In this document: positions 48,399 to 59,475 of the stretch, piece after piece
How positions within the stretch are numbered: the first letter of the stretch is position 1
Layout: each line of letters begins with the position of its first letter
Origin: a virus
Virus record (IMG/VR): IMGVR_UViG_3300042923_001201
Location: 30,473-94,472 of that record
Length of the DNA stretch: 64,000 nt
Strand: one strand, 5' to 3'
The notes under the pieces: model-generated
The model's database searches: none
What the model saw: only the letters and a program-made list of their open reading frames with translations
Told to the model about the DNA's origin: nothing
Position numbers and translations under genes: made by a program

Positions 48399-49055
48399 TT
48401 AGTCAATAGCATCGGCCCACTGTGCTACACGACCTCTAAAGTTTTTTGTCAGTTCAACATGCTTAATCCAATCTTGACCTTGCGAATAGTTAAAATATGG
48501 AAGTAAACCTGATTCGCTAGGATCTTTCAAGTCACATTGTTTAAGATTGCCAATAATAATAATTTTGCAATTATCATTACATCTTGTAATCAGTTTGCGC
48601 AATTCGTGTTTAGTAAAGTTTTGCGCTTCATCAATAACTACAGTTTCATTTTCGTAATTTACTCCTCTTTCAAAGGTGTGAGGGTGAGCAAAAACCCATG
48701 CTTTATGATTCATAAACTCATTTAGTCTTGTATCAAAAATAGCATCCTTAGGTTTTTCCTTTAACTTCACTAGCGCTTGTTCGATTGGCGTTAAATAAGG
48801 CTTACTTTTTTCAATTAAATCACCGGGCAAGAATCCTTGTGCTCCTTCTTGAACGGGTGCAACAATATATCTCAAATTTCTACCACGAAGTTTCGCACCC
48901 ATAGTAGATATAAGTGTTTTGCCCATTCCAGCACCTGCATCAACAAAGATAATTTGTACTTCTTCAGTTGGTGCGACGATTAATTTTAAAAAGTTAAATT
49001 GTTCGTCAGTTACGGTAGATTTAAATCCAAAAAGTAGGTTGTCCTCAAGTTTCAT
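48399..49055 (-). CDS. phoH: PhoH-like ATPase
   Basis: AGMGKT, GFLPG, ERG, IDEAQN, TR, G...Q.D. Confidence 0.9.
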   Translation of the reverse strand: MKLEDNLLFGFKSTVTDEQFNFLKLIVAPTEEVQIIFVDAGAGMGKTLISTMGAKLRGRNLRYIVAPVQEGAQGFLPGDLIEKSKPYLTPIEQALVKLKEKPKDAIFDTRLNEFMNHKAWVFAHPHTFERGVNYENETVVIDEAQNFTKHELRKLITRCNDNCKIIIIGNLKQCDLKDPSESGLLPYFNYSQGQDWIKHVELTKNFRGRVAQWADAID

Positions 49056-49126
49056 AATTTTGCCTCCAACAAGTTAGTTGTAATGGGTGGGGAGATAAGA
49101 TTTACATATCTCCCACACACTTTGTG

Positions 49127-50101
49127 TTACACTTCAATTTCAGTTAGAGATTTGAGTTGTTCAACGGCAACAGATACTTGTTCAACTTGACTAGGAATTG
49201 CATCTTTCAACAGTTTACCTTGACCGAATACTTTTTCTACAACAGCAGTAACTTCAGCCATTCGTCCTGCTTTATGCAATTTAACTGCGAGAGATTTTGC
49301 AGCTTCCATCAGTGCATCAAAATCAAGGGCTTCAGATTGAACATAGTTTTCTTCTTTATCTTCCTTGAGATTATCTTCACCAAGTGCAAGCAATGCAGCT
49401 TCAACATTTTTACGATATTCATCAGCATCAAGTGTAATTGCAGATGGCATATGACGAAAACGAGTTCCTGCTTGGAAAGCAAGAGTTTCACGAGTGTACA
49501 ATGTACGAACTTCTTGTCCTTCTTCATTTTTACCAAGGTGAGCAAACAGGATATTATCAACCATTTTCGTCATAAGTTCAAGACCTCGACGTGGGACAGA
49601 TGGAATATATTTTTCAAATTCCTCTTTGCCAATTTTTTCTACCTTAACGGATGAGTGAGAAACAAATACGGGAGTGTATCCTTCGCGCTCAATAGCATTC
49701 AAAGCATCAAACAGTGTATCGGACAATTCAGCATGACCTACACCATATCCTCCACCGATTTCCTTAATTGTTTCTGCACCATGTTTAGTCTTTACATATT
49801 TTTCTAGATATCTGTAAAGATTGTCAACAGTGTCCACAACTACGACCTTAAACTTTTTCTTTACATCAGGGCGGCGAAGTTGTTGAAGTGCTTTCATGAG
49901 ATCAGACCAAGATCCAATATCAACACCCATCAAACCAGGAATAAGTTTTGTACCTTTTTCAGTACGAAGGAATAGTGCATCCTGTCCATAAAGTTCAAAC
50001 AGAAATGTTGTTTTACCTGCTTTTGGGTTACCATAAAGCAAAGTAGTATAGGTTCGAAGATCGGTTGAAACTTTTTGAGGCTCAATGTTTAGCAAATCCA
50101 T
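49127..50101 (-). CDS. AAA_24 / Sak4-like ATPase
   Basis: YGNPKAGKTT, EKG, VVDTVD, FVSH, AGTRF. Confidence 0.8.
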   Translation of the reverse strand: MDLLNIEPQKVSTDLRTYTTLLYGNPKAGKTTFLFELYGQDALFLRTEKGTKLIPGLMGVDIGSWSDLMKALQQLRRPDVKKKFKVVVVDTVDNLYRYLEKYVKTKHGAETIKEIGGGYGVGHAELSDTLFDALNAIEREGYTPVFVSHSSVKVEKIGKEEFEKYIPSVPRRGLELMTKMVDNILFAHLGKNEEGQEVRTLYTRETLAFQAGTRFRHMPSAITLDADEYRKNVEAALLALGEDNLKEDKEENYVQSEALDFDALMEAAKSLAVKLHKAGRMAEVTAVVEKVFGQGKLLKDAIPSQVEQVSVAVEQLKSLTEIEV

Positions 50102-50166
50102 AAATATAATTCCTCCAATATTTTAGTGATATGATATTATATATAGTAATCGGACTTTTGTAAACC

Positions 50167-50988
50167 TTATGTGAAATTCTTAACGCCACTTGCGTTAACA
50201 ATTGTTACTCTTGTTTCTGCAGGTCTTTTACCTTTTTCAAGGTCCTTAATTTGCTTTTGAATTTGTTTGATTTTTGCGCGGTTAAAGGCAAGTTGAGCTC
50301 CAATATGAATATCATAAACATCATCGGGATCTCTCTTTGAAATTCCAACAGTTCCATCTTTCAAGATTACCACTGTCTTATCACCGTCATAAATAACTTT
50401 ATATTCATCGGCATTCCCACTAATAATCTGACTTTCAACAAAGTTTCCCTTGTCATCTTCAACAATTGCATTGAAAGTATATGGCAGCTTTTTATAAATA
50501 TGAACTTTCGCTTTTTGTTTTACAGGTTTGGGAATAATAGTTTCTTTGGCATGAAGATTAGCTATAATTTGATATTTTCCTTTTGCAGATACGCGCCATA
50601 CGCTTCCGTTGTCAAATTCAATATTAAATCCATCTTCTGATTTAAAGAGTCCACTATTATGTCCTTTATTTGTTACTACACCAGTTTTATTATCCGCACC
50701 TTTAGCTCCATTCCCTGCATCAATAACTAAGAGTTTAGTACCTACTGGGAATTTATTATTCATATTAGTATCTCCTTCAAATTTAATAAGATCTCTTTCT
50801 AAAAATAAGTCACCACCGTGATGCTCGCCATTAGTAATACCACAAACAATTATACCGTCGAGTTTTATTCTATTAACATATAAATATGTTTGGCTCATGT
50901 CCTTTGCTCTAAGCCATTCTCTTGAATTACTAATGCTATCTCCCACGGATTTGCCAATTGGTATTACCTTATCCCCAATTTTAAACAT
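50167..50988 (-). CDS. Multi-domain hypothetical phage protein
   Basis: Repeated FK.G.KV-like starts; C-terminal G.S...D.YD...G..LA..RA phage domain. Confidence 0.5.
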   Translation of the reverse strand: MFKIGDKVIPIGKSVGDSISNSREWLRAKDMSQTYLYVNRIKLDGIIVCGITNGEHHGGDLFLERDLIKFEGDTNMNNKFPVGTKLLVIDAGNGAKGADNKTGVVTNKGHNSGLFKSEDGFNIEFDNGSVWRVSAKGKYQIIANLHAKETIIPKPVKQKAKVHIYKKLPYTFNAIVEDDKGNFVESQIISGNADEYKVIYDGDKTVVILKDGTVGISKRDPDDVYDIHIGAQLAFNRAKIKQIQKQIKDLEKGKRPAETRVTIVNASGVKNFT

Positions 50989-51219
50989 ATTACTCCTCCT
51001 AAATAAAATTTTCATTTTAAATCTATATTTTGGTGATTTAACTCCCAAATTCTCCTTATTTTAAGGAAAAAAGTCGGTTATATACAGATATCCATCGTTT
51101 TTGGGCCTCTGGTGAACAATAATCAAGAACCACCATAATTTCATACAATGCAACACTATCCATTATCTTGTAGAAGTCCTCAATTACCTTTTCATCTGTT
51201 ATAGAGTTAAGAAATAGGA

Positions 51220-51591
51220 CTAATGCTCGCATTTGAATAAAAGATCCATAATAGTATCAACATCATTTACATTTACTGCAGTATCGTCAATTAAAATATT
51301 AAAATGAAGTTTTCTACTCGGTGATTCACTTTCCTTTTGCATTGGATCTTCAGGATTTTCATTGAAGTAATTAAAAGGAATGTTATTTTCAATTAGGAAC
51401 TTTTTAGCTTCCTCTGCAGATTGTCCACCGCGAGCAGTCCAAATAATTATACAATGACCCGCCTCATATGCTTTCTTCATTAGTTCGACAGTTTTTGGTT
51501 TAATAGATCCAATTCCTGGCCATGCAGACTCAACAATCGTTCCATCAAAATCCACACCAATCCAAAGTCGCTTATATGCTTTGATTTTCAT
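51220..51591 (-). CDS. Small HAD hydrolase
   Basis: VDFDGTIV, WTAR, NEN, IDD. Confidence 0.8.
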   Translation of the reverse strand: MKIKAYKRLWIGVDFDGTIVESAWPGIGSIKPKTVELMKKAYEAGHCIIIWTARGGQSAEEAKKFLIENNIPFNYFNENPEDPMQKESESPSRKLHFNILIDDTAVNVNDVDTIMDLLFKCEH

Positions 51592-51647
51592 ATTATATCT
51601 CCTTATAATTTAAGATAATGGGAGGGTAATACCCTCCCGAATTTCAA

Positions 51648-52589
51648 CTAAAATGGAAGATCATCGTCAGAAATGTCAAGGGAACCAGGAGCCGCTGTAC
51701 TACCTGCAGGTTTGCCAAATCCTTGTCCGAATCCACCAGATTGAGCAGGTGGTGTTTGAGCAGTATTGGCAAGTTCTTGAAGTTTCAAGGCACGAATGCG
51801 ATTGGCAAGCACAATGTCCTCTTCCTCAAATGCTCTTTCATCATAATAAGGAGGGAATCCACCAACAACTTTCAGGTTTCGAGTATAATTTTTAACCTCG
51901 TCACCAATCTCAACTTGAATACCAAATCCACCAGCATCAGGAGATACAGGTTTTTCTACAATTTCGGCATAGTTATTAATATTAAATGTCAGTTTACCTG
52001 TGTTTCCAGCTTGATAATTACCTGTAATTACTTCAGCGAGATCTTCACCAACAACAAGATTTTTCAATACAATTACACTTTGATTGTAACCAACCGTGAA
52101 AGCATCAATCGCATACTCGCCAGTTTCAATACCTTCTTTGTCTGTAAGTGGACGAAGATTTTTAACGACAAGTTCAATTTGAGCGATAGCTTCATCTTGT
52201 ACAGCCGCATCATCTACACGATTTACGAACAGACCACGGATACGATTTACTTCACGAAGTTGTCCATCTTGACCGTAATAATCATTACCATCTACACTAC
52301 CTGTTACAGTCAATCGAGTGGCATTTTCTACACCAACTGTGTCAATAGCTTTGTATTCATTTTTAACAGTTTCATAACCTTTAAACAGTTTACTTGTATC
52401 TTTTGCAAACAATTCTACACGGTGTTCATTGGCTTTTCCATCAACAACTGACAAAATTACAATATTGCCTTGAATTTGTTTTACTGTAGGATCTTTCTTG
52501 TTTGGTTTAATTTCAAGATTCATTTCCTTTAGCGTTCCTGTAATACGCACTGCATTTGTCAATTCACGAAGTTTTCTTTGATCTGTCAT
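51648..52589 (-). CDS. ssb: Single-stranded DNA-binding protein
   Basis: OB-fold-like N-terminus, Gly-rich linker, acidic tip ISDDDLPF. Confidence 0.8.
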   Translation of the reverse strand: MTDQRKLRELTNAVRITGTLKEMNLEIKPNKKDPTVKQIQGNIVILSVVDGKANEHRVELFAKDTSKLFKGYETVKNEYKAIDTVGVENATRLTVTGSVDGNDYYGQDGQLREVNRIRGLFVNRVDDAAVQDEAIAQIELVVKNLRPLTDKEGIETGEYAIDAFTVGYNQSVIVLKNLVVGEDLAEVITGNYQAGNTGKLTFNINNYAEIVEKPVSPDAGGFGIQVEIGDEVKNYTRNLKVVGGFPPYYDERAFEEEDIVLANRIRALKLQELANTAQTPPAQSGGFGQGFGKPAGSTAAPGSLDISDDDLPF

Positions 52590-52760
52590 ATTATATATGA
52601 CCTCCTGTATGTTTTTTAATTACAAATTATTATATATAGAAGTCCATTAACGGTAAACCAACATTTTAATCTTTTAATGTCATATATAGCAAAGTCAATA
52701 AAAATACAAGCGCCATAAAATAAACAATCAGCCCCGATAAATTATCACCGATTTCAATTA

Positions 52761-53474
52761 TCATACAAAAAATCCCTCCGTCCACGGTTCAACTGCCACA
52801 ATCTCATCTTTCATTTTGATGGCAAGTTGTTGTATTTCTCCTTGTGCGTGTGTTCCGGGTTTTCGCTTTGAATAGAAACTAAGGAATGAAGTAAGGTTAC
52901 AAGTAACAACAATATTAGTATTAGTAGCTTGTGGAAGAATAGCGCGAGCATCTTCAGCCTTAATACCCATACCAATCATATCATCATAGGCTGTCTGCAA
53001 ATTACTCATGTGCTTCTCAAAAACACTTATTTGAATATCGGTTAAAGTATCTGGAATTGTGTAATTGAACCCACCAGCTTTTCCACTACTCTTATAATTT
53101 ACATATCTTTGTGATTCAACTGAATAGGACCATCCAACTCTATGCCTTGTCAATTGAGCCAATAGAGCACGACTTACGTCTTCAATAATAAAAGTAAATG
53201 AGATATGTTCAAGAGTTGAGGTATGTCCGCTATGAACAATATGACGAATTAATCTGTCCATATCCGTTCCAGAACCATTATCAACAGGGGCCTTGGTAAG
53301 ATACCGTTTACCTTCTTCAGCAATAACTTTGGAAGGTTTAACAGCAGAATAACAATTACGAATGGCAGAGAAACCAACAAGTTTTCCATCTGTTACACCC
53401 ATATTAAACAAATCCTGAAATTCTTTCCTTTTCTTTTCTGTTAGTTGTGAATGTGCAAGTAGTTCTACGTACAT
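52761..53474 (-). CDS. thyX: Flavin-dependent thymidylate synthase
   Basis: GHTSTLEH, QLTRHR..SYSVESQRY, EDARAILP, HAQ.EI. Confidence 0.95.
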   Translation of the reverse strand: MYVELLAHSQLTEKKRKEFQDLFNMGVTDGKLVGFSAIRNCYSAVKPSKVIAEEGKRYLTKAPVDNGSGTDMDRLIRHIVHSGHTSTLEHISFTFIIEDVSRALLAQLTRHRVGWSYSVESQRYVNYKSSGKAGGFNYTIPDTLTDIQISVFEKHMSNLQTAYDDMIGMGIKAEDARAILPQATNTNIVVTCNLTSFLSFYSKRKPGTHAQGEIQQLAIKMKDEIVAVEPWTEGFFV

Positions 53475-53675
53475 AATTTCCTCCTAAAATAATGAGATAA
53501 CAAACATGCAAATAAGATAAAACGAAAAAGTATAAAACAAAAAACTGACAATGGCACTTAACAAGAATATAACTCCGGGGATTAAGAAAGGATTCCCTTT
53601 AAAGAAATTTTTCATTTTTAACCTCCATTTATCAATATGAATTATTATATAAATTTCTACAAAAACTGTTAACCA

Positions 53676-54311
53676 TTATATATAACTCATTATAATATCA
53701 CCAATCTTATTTTTATCATAAAGACTAACAAGTTCGCCATTAAAAAATATTGTATCTTGATCTCTATAGAGTACATAATATACTTTCATATTATTCTCTA
53801 ACTCAAACTGTTTATGATATGGAAGTTCGGAACCTTTATCATAAGATTTGAATGAAAGTGGTTTGATTTGAATTGCAAAATCGCCAATGCCCTCAACTGT
53901 TATTATTGCGTCGACTTTGTAATTAATATCAATATCTACACTTGTCTCTATACATTTAATATAATCTTCAATAGAGTTAAAGTTGGTAATTATCTTGTGT
54001 TCCATAAATTTCCCATTGTAAATGTTTCCTAATCTTGAAACAAGACAAGCATAAACTTTCTCCTTTGTTAATCCTTTAAACTCGTTCTCATTTTGATTAA
54101 ACATTTTTTCTACAACAATATCAATTAATTCAGTTCTATCTTTCGTGTGGTAATTAAAGAAGTCACCAAAGGTTTTATGTTCCTTGGCACTATTCAAAAG
54201 TTCATTATAATCAAATATTTCTCTAATACCACTTGCCAATACCTTACCATTAAATTGTTGATACAGACCTGAAACTGACCTTTTCAATTTTAAATATTCG
54301 GCTTGATCCAT
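53676..54311 (-). CDS. PD-(D/E)xK restriction-like endonuclease (MjaI-like)
   Basis: G..ME...D..YKVD.II......AIQIKP.S. Confidence 0.6.
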   Translation of the reverse strand: MDQAEYLKLKRSVSGLYQQFNGKVLASGIREIFDYNELLNSAKEHKTFGDFFNYHTKDRTELIDIVVEKMFNQNENEFKGLTKEKVYACLVSRLGNIYNGKFMEHKIITNFNSIEDYIKCIETSVDIDINYKVDAIITVEGIGDFAIQIKPLSFKSYDKGSELPYHKQFELENNMKVYYVLYRDQDTIFFNGELVSLYDKNKIGDIIMSYI

Positions 54312-54617
54312 AGGTTATTGTCCTTTCTTATTACTTCGTTTAACTCATGACAAAGATCATACAAGATAAAATCACTAATATTACCAACATAAGTTGTAAT
54401 AAACTCGTTTGTATAACTACCTCTAACCTTTAATATTCCTTGTTGGTTGTCTAACCACACCGATAATTCTACAGTATATCCTGAATAATCATAAGTTGGA
54501 TACGTTCTGATTATTCTATTTGTTTCATTTACTTGTTTTGCTAAAAAATCATAAGTTCTCGACAAAATAAGGCTTTCCATAATATCCTCCTAAATTAAAT
54601 AAGGAGTGTTTCCACTC

Positions 54618-55568
54618 CTATTTTTTTGTTGCAATTGCTACTTTTACAATTCTATCAACAAGCATGTTAATATTTTTATTGACACGTTGTTTTGAGATGT
54701 TTAGGGTTTCAGCGATTTCTGTTTGACCTTTATTAGATCTCATTAGGGAAACAATTTCTTTTTGAAGTGGTGTAGGTTTTGCTCTATTTAATTTTTCTAC
54801 AAATTCATCAATAAGATATTGAAGATCTTCATCTAATCTATAACCTGGTCTCATATACAATAGAGCCTTAACATGTTCAGGATTTGTTAGGTCACAAAAG
54901 TCCCAATCAACTACCATACTTTCACTTGCATTGGACTTGTATCCAAACACTCCCAATAACATGTCCTTTGTAAGAACCATATCTTGTCTCACAGAACCAG
55001 AGATTTCAGATAATTTATAACGTGTCAGTTTAGAGTCCTTGTAATTAGTAAGTTCCTTTGTAATTTCTTTAAGATATGATCTGTAAATTCGAAGGATATC
55101 ACCAAGTTCGTCTGTTCGATCATAGTCGGTTTTACTAATAGTTTGAGTTTTAGGTGTTTTATAATTTCTATTTTCATTTTTAAGGAAGTGAATCACATTT
55201 TCTTGTTGATCTCCATTGCCCATTCCTTCAATATTAGGTTCTTTCATAAGAGCTTTTTTAAATGACATTTCATCATTATAAAATACATAGTGATCTTCCT
55301 TTTTTGCTTCCTTTGACTCATCAGAATTTAAAAGGTAATTTGCCATTTTTTCCAAAGATAGACAAACACTGTCTTGTTCAGATAGTCCATCACCCGAATT
55401 AATATTTACCTTAAAATATTTTTCAAAGTATTCTTCGTGGAACTTTGTATCTAAAATATCATCAATAATTTCTTTTCTATCTTTTAAACTACTTTTAGTG
55501 TAGTCAATTTTTTTAATCAGATCAGTCTGTGTAACATTATTAATTTCTCCAATAAAAAACGTACTCAT
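54618..55568 (-). CDS. Transcription factor with C-terminal sigma-4/LuxR-type HTH
   Basis: TPLQKEIV.L....GQTEIAETLNISKQRV. Confidence 0.65.
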   Translation of the reverse strand: MSTFFIGEINNVTQTDLIKKIDYTKSSLKDRKEIIDDILDTKFHEEYFEKYFKVNINSGDGLSEQDSVCLSLEKMANYLLNSDESKEAKKEDHYVFYNDEMSFKKALMKEPNIEGMGNGDQQENVIHFLKNENRNYKTPKTQTISKTDYDRTDELGDILRIYRSYLKEITKELTNYKDSKLTRYKLSEISGSVRQDMVLTKDMLLGVFGYKSNASESMVVDWDFCDLTNPEHVKALLYMRPGYRLDEDLQYLIDEFVEKLNRAKPTPLQKEIVSLMRSNKGQTEIAETLNISKQRVNKNINMLVDRIVKVAIATKK

Positions 55569-55824
55569 ATTATTTCCTCCTTGTTGGTTATACATTATTA
55601 TATGTAGAATCAGACTTTCTGTAAACCAAAAAGCCTCCCCGAAGGAAGGCGATTGAATATTTCCTAATTATCAATATTATTTAAAGCTATAGCAAAATGA
55701 GCAATTATAAGAAGTATACCTATTACATCAAAAATTGAAGGATTATCAACTGGAAAGATTATAATCGAAAAACATAATGCCATATAAAATGAGCCTTCTT
55801 TAAATAATTTAGATAGCTTCATAT

Positions 55825-57594
55825 CTATGCCTCCAAATTTGATAGTAAAGTAGCTCGAATATCACTCAATTTCTGATCTACAAGTAGTTTACCATCTTCA
55901 AATACAGGTTTAAGTAAATCAATACTTTCGGACCATCCTTGCTCCTTAATTGTAAATCCATCATGATACTCAATATTTCCATTTTCTTCATTATTATATA
56001 CAACAACTCTACCTTTTTGTGAGCGTTTTAGTCCGTTATCCGTTTTAGGATCTTTAAATAGGAACTTTTCTTCATTATTGATTACCGCATGAGTGGCCTT
56101 CATAGCAAATCCGAAGGTATCTCGAGTGTTATATTGATAAGTAAAGGAACCAATGCCTAGCACTACATTTGTTGAAGCAAATCCTTTTGCTTTCAAACGC
56201 TTGCAAATTTCTTCCGCGCGTTCAAGTGTGATGGAATCTCCATAAATTGCACCGATATGAGTGTCGAGTAATTTATAACCTGTTTCAGTAATTGTACCAC
56301 CAAAAGTATTCCATAATGACTCAATTAAACCAAGTTGTTGAGCAGTAGGTGTAATTTCTTCAATTGATGTAACTCTGTGTCCGTCAATAAAGTAATACTG
56401 TTTGTCATATCTATTCCAATCAATTTCAACTTTTGCCTTAAAATACTTGTCTTTATATTTAAAGGTTCCCTCTACTTCATGATCTCCGTGTTCGCCATGG
56501 TCTGTTTCACTACGAACCTTATCTACAAGGATGTCTTCTACCCAATCTTTAATTTGATAAATTAGTTCCCCATCCTCTTTGACATATTTTTCAAAGCGAG
56601 TAAGATCCTCAATATCTTCACCACAAAGAATTTCTACAGGGTCTCCCGAATCAGGTCTAATTACCACTCGTCCATCTCTACTTGTAATTTCATTTTTGAG
56701 TGAAGGAATTACATTTTCTACAATGTTCCAAAAATCCCATGTATCACTTACTACAGAAAAGAATCCAGTAGGATAGATTTCCTGCATAAGTTTACGGATT
56801 ACTTCACGTTCATCCTCATTGCCATTCGCACACATAACTGAGTGTTCAGTTGCAGGAATAGAGGTTCCTACAAGTTCTGTCTCAATGTTAGCATTGTAAT
56901 ATTCCTCGAGATACAAGATTGCAGGAATTGTATCTGTTCCAACGAAAGACAAAAGGTGAGCTGCACCAGAGGCTTTAGTGGCATCCAATCCTGCCATACC
57001 TCTCATAGAGAAGTCATGTCCTTGGAAAGGAACTGTATCAGCATTACCAACTGTTTCAATCGCATATTTTTGCAATATTTTGCGGTATTGGAAGGCAATA
57101 GTTGCAGAAGTCATTGGCAACCAAACAAGGTTGGATATCAAAGTTTCAAGGTAATTTGTAACCCAGAAAAACTCATCTTTAGTATTTTCAATTGTAAAAG
57201 CAGGTACACGAATAGGTACAAGTGTTCCTTCAGGTATAGCTCTAATAAGAACAGGAAGTTTATTATAGTCCCACAATGCTTTAATATGAGAAGAATCGGG
57301 ATTTTCTACACCTAAAGTATGTTTGATTACTCTTTCATACTCTCCCTGTACATCTACCCAATGACGATTAAAGAAATTTTCATTAAAATAATCAATAAGA
57401 AATTCTTTAATAAATGCTTGAAGTCCGAACATTACAATCTTGTCAATTCCTTTAATTCGACTTCCCCTCGGCGTCCATGTACTATAAACCTGTTGAGTAC
57501 CTGTAGGATACTGCTCCCGGTGACTGACCTTATAAAAGTCGCAGAGAAGTGATGCAGGAAAAGCGATACGATTAATACGATTAACAGTTTTCAT
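55825..57594 (-). CDS. NAMPT-like nicotinamide ADP-ribose transferase (Namat, NARP1)
   Basis: DFYKVSH..QYP, HDFSMRG, GTD, PATEHSV, VSDTWD, RPDSG, IYGDSI, GIGS, TRDT, KDPKTD. Confidence 0.9.
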   Translation of the reverse strand: MKTVNRINRIAFPASLLCDFYKVSHREQYPTGTQQVYSTWTPRGSRIKGIDKIVMFGLQAFIKEFLIDYFNENFFNRHWVDVQGEYERVIKHTLGVENPDSSHIKALWDYNKLPVLIRAIPEGTLVPIRVPAFTIENTKDEFFWVTNYLETLISNLVWLPMTSATIAFQYRKILQKYAIETVGNADTVPFQGHDFSMRGMAGLDATKASGAAHLLSFVGTDTIPAILYLEEYYNANIETELVGTSIPATEHSVMCANGNEDEREVIRKLMQEIYPTGFFSVVSDTWDFWNIVENVIPSLKNEITSRDGRVVIRPDSGDPVEILCGEDIEDLTRFEKYVKEDGELIYQIKDWVEDILVDKVRSETDHGEHGDHEVEGTFKYKDKYFKAKVEIDWNRYDKQYYFIDGHRVTSIEEITPTAQQLGLIESLWNTFGGTITETGYKLLDTHIGAIYGDSITLERAEEICKRLKAKGFASTNVVLGIGSFTYQYNTRDTFGFAMKATHAVINNEEKFLFKDPKTDNGLKRSQKGRVVVYNNEENGNIEYHDGFTIKEQGWSESIDLLKPVFEDGKLLVDQKLSDIRATLLSNLEA

Positions 57595-58445
57595 TAATTG
57601 AATCCTCCCAATTTATAAACTTTTAATTGTTCTGTTTCTTCATGGTGTCTAACAAAGAAATCTTTCGTGTCAAGAATACTGTCTGTTGTATAAACTCTAT
57701 CAATTAAATCTTCCTTAAAAATTGAACCTTTAAAAATAGAATCTTCACAATGAGCAACAAGAAGATAAATATACTCAAAACCATTCTTATAAAGTTCTTT
57801 GGCAGATCTTGTGAAAGTTCCTCCGTAAGAACAAAGATCATCAATAATAATCACTTTTCTGTTAGGTTTGTATTCAGGAACATTACCTACAATATCCAAA
57901 CCTTCAATATTTCCCGTTTCCCAATTTCTTTTCTTAAATCCAACAAGTTGATTATGACCCGGAATATCATACCGTTTTTGAGCACCTGCATCAGGAAAGA
58001 AAATATAATCTTTCTCAATATCAAAGTCAATATCTTTCTTTACCCATTTAAGAATATTATAATTAATATTTTTGTTATCACATCTGTCAATAAGTGCAGG
58101 AGTAACATCAGAATGCGCTTCATGAATATTTACTTCAGCAAAATTAAGTGAATTAATAAATTCGGCGATGTATTTCAAAGTAAATACTGAATCATTTACA
58201 CTCCTGTCCATTCTACTATAAGGTACATAAGGACAATACAATATAATATCTTTAACACCTAACGAATCAAGATGTTTTTTAATAATCATCAGATGAATAA
58301 GATCTCTATCATCTTCGAACCTAAAGTGAATAATATTTACATCATCTTCAAAAGTGTAGATATGTTTGTTAATTGAGTCTTCAATCTTTGATTCTTTGTT
58401 CGGAAATTGTGAAATTTCAACCTTTTTTCCATTAAGCCAGATCAT
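57594..58445 (-). CDS. PRPP-synthetase-like ADPR-PP synthetase (Adps, NARP1)
   Basis: FPNKE, YVPYSRMDR, HSD, FPDAGA.KRY, IIDDLCSYGGTF; coupled to the NAMPT-like gene. Confidence 0.88.
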   Translation of the reverse strand: MIWLNGKKVEISQFPNKESKIEDSINKHIYTFEDDVNIIHFRFEDDRDLIHLMIIKKHLDSLGVKDIILYCPYVPYSRMDRSVNDSVFTLKYIAEFINSLNFAEVNIHEAHSDVTPALIDRCDNKNINYNILKWVKKDIDFDIEKDYIFFPDAGAQKRYDIPGHNQLVGFKKRNWETGNIEGLDIVGNVPEYKPNRKVIIIDDLCSYGGTFTRSAKELYKNGFEYIYLLVAHCEDSIFKGSIFKEDLIDRVYTTDSILDTKDFFVRHHEETEQLKVYKLGGFN

Positions 58446-58908
58446 TTAATTTCCTCCATTTCGTTTGATATTTCATTGTATAATTTTGTAATTAAACTGT
58501 AAACCAATTTTAATCCCAAAAATAAAATATTGCTAAAAGTGCAATCACTATCATTACAAATAGCCAAAGAATTAGTAACTGTTCCATATTTATATCCCCA
58601 GTTCATCAATTAGTTTTTGAACATCAATATTAAGTATCCGCTTTTCATCGTTTTCTGGATCATCAGATGTAATCTTAATGAGATTTTCTTTTGATTCTTT
58701 AGAAAGTTGTATCCAAACGGATCTTATTGCATTTTCTTCTTCTTTTGTGAGTTTGGTACATGTTTCTTCTGCATAAGATATTACTGCCCATAAAAGATGT
58801 AAAGCTGCATTTTCTTGAATTGTAATCATTAATATACCTCATTTCTACGTGTTAATTTTAATATAATATTATCATATAAATGATATAATGTATATAGAAA
58901 AAACGCCC

Positions 58909-59475
58909 CTAAAGGCGTCTTATACACTTTTCACAAAGTACGATATATTCAGAGTCTCCAACATGAATTGAATCTCCGTCAGTTACTCTATTTCCATCGC
59001 TATCTAAAAGAATATTATATACAGCAATATTCTTATTGCAACAGTTACACTTTCCATGTTTAAATACGTAGAAGTGAGTATTTTCTTTTAACCATAAAGA
59101 CGATTCAAAATATTGTTCCTTAAAGTCAGTTTCGAGACCGCTAAAATACAAGTCCACCTCATATTTTTTACAGGCTTCATTAATAAAAATTACATCATCA
59201 AGAGATAGGAAATGAGATTCATCAATAAAAACTGACCTAATGGGTTTTAATTCAAGGGTACTTAAAAATTTAGTTTTATAATCTTCATTCCATGTTTCTG
59301 CAGAATACATTATCCTACTGTCTCTACTTACAACATTAGCCCCATCCCTTGTGTCAATTTCAGGCTTTATAATTATCATACAAGCATGACTATCAACAGT
59401 CCAACCTATGAGTTTAATTAATAGTTTGGACTTTCCACCGAACATCGACCCGCTAATAAAATTTAGTCTGTACAT
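58909..59475 (-). CDS. tdk: Thymidine kinase (TK1 type)
   Basis: GSMFGGKS, KP.IDTR, FIDESHF, GL.TDF, C..C, Y..LC..C. Confidence 0.9.
   Translation of the reverse strand: MYRLNFISGSMFGGKSKLLIKLIGWTVDSHACMIIIKPEIDTRDGANVVSRDSRIMYSAETWNEDYKTKFLSTLELKPIRSVFIDESHFLSLDDVIFINEACKKYEVDLYFSGLETDFKEQYFESSLWLKENTHFYVFKHGKCNCCNKNIAVYNILLDSDGNRVTDGDSIHVGDSEYIVLCEKCIRRL

Noticed and set aside
49157-52451. Long + strand ORFs (49157-49654, 51723-52451; also 36578-37192, 56842-57315)
   Set aside because: Antisense shadows of well-supported minus-strand genes, with no RBS or motifs.
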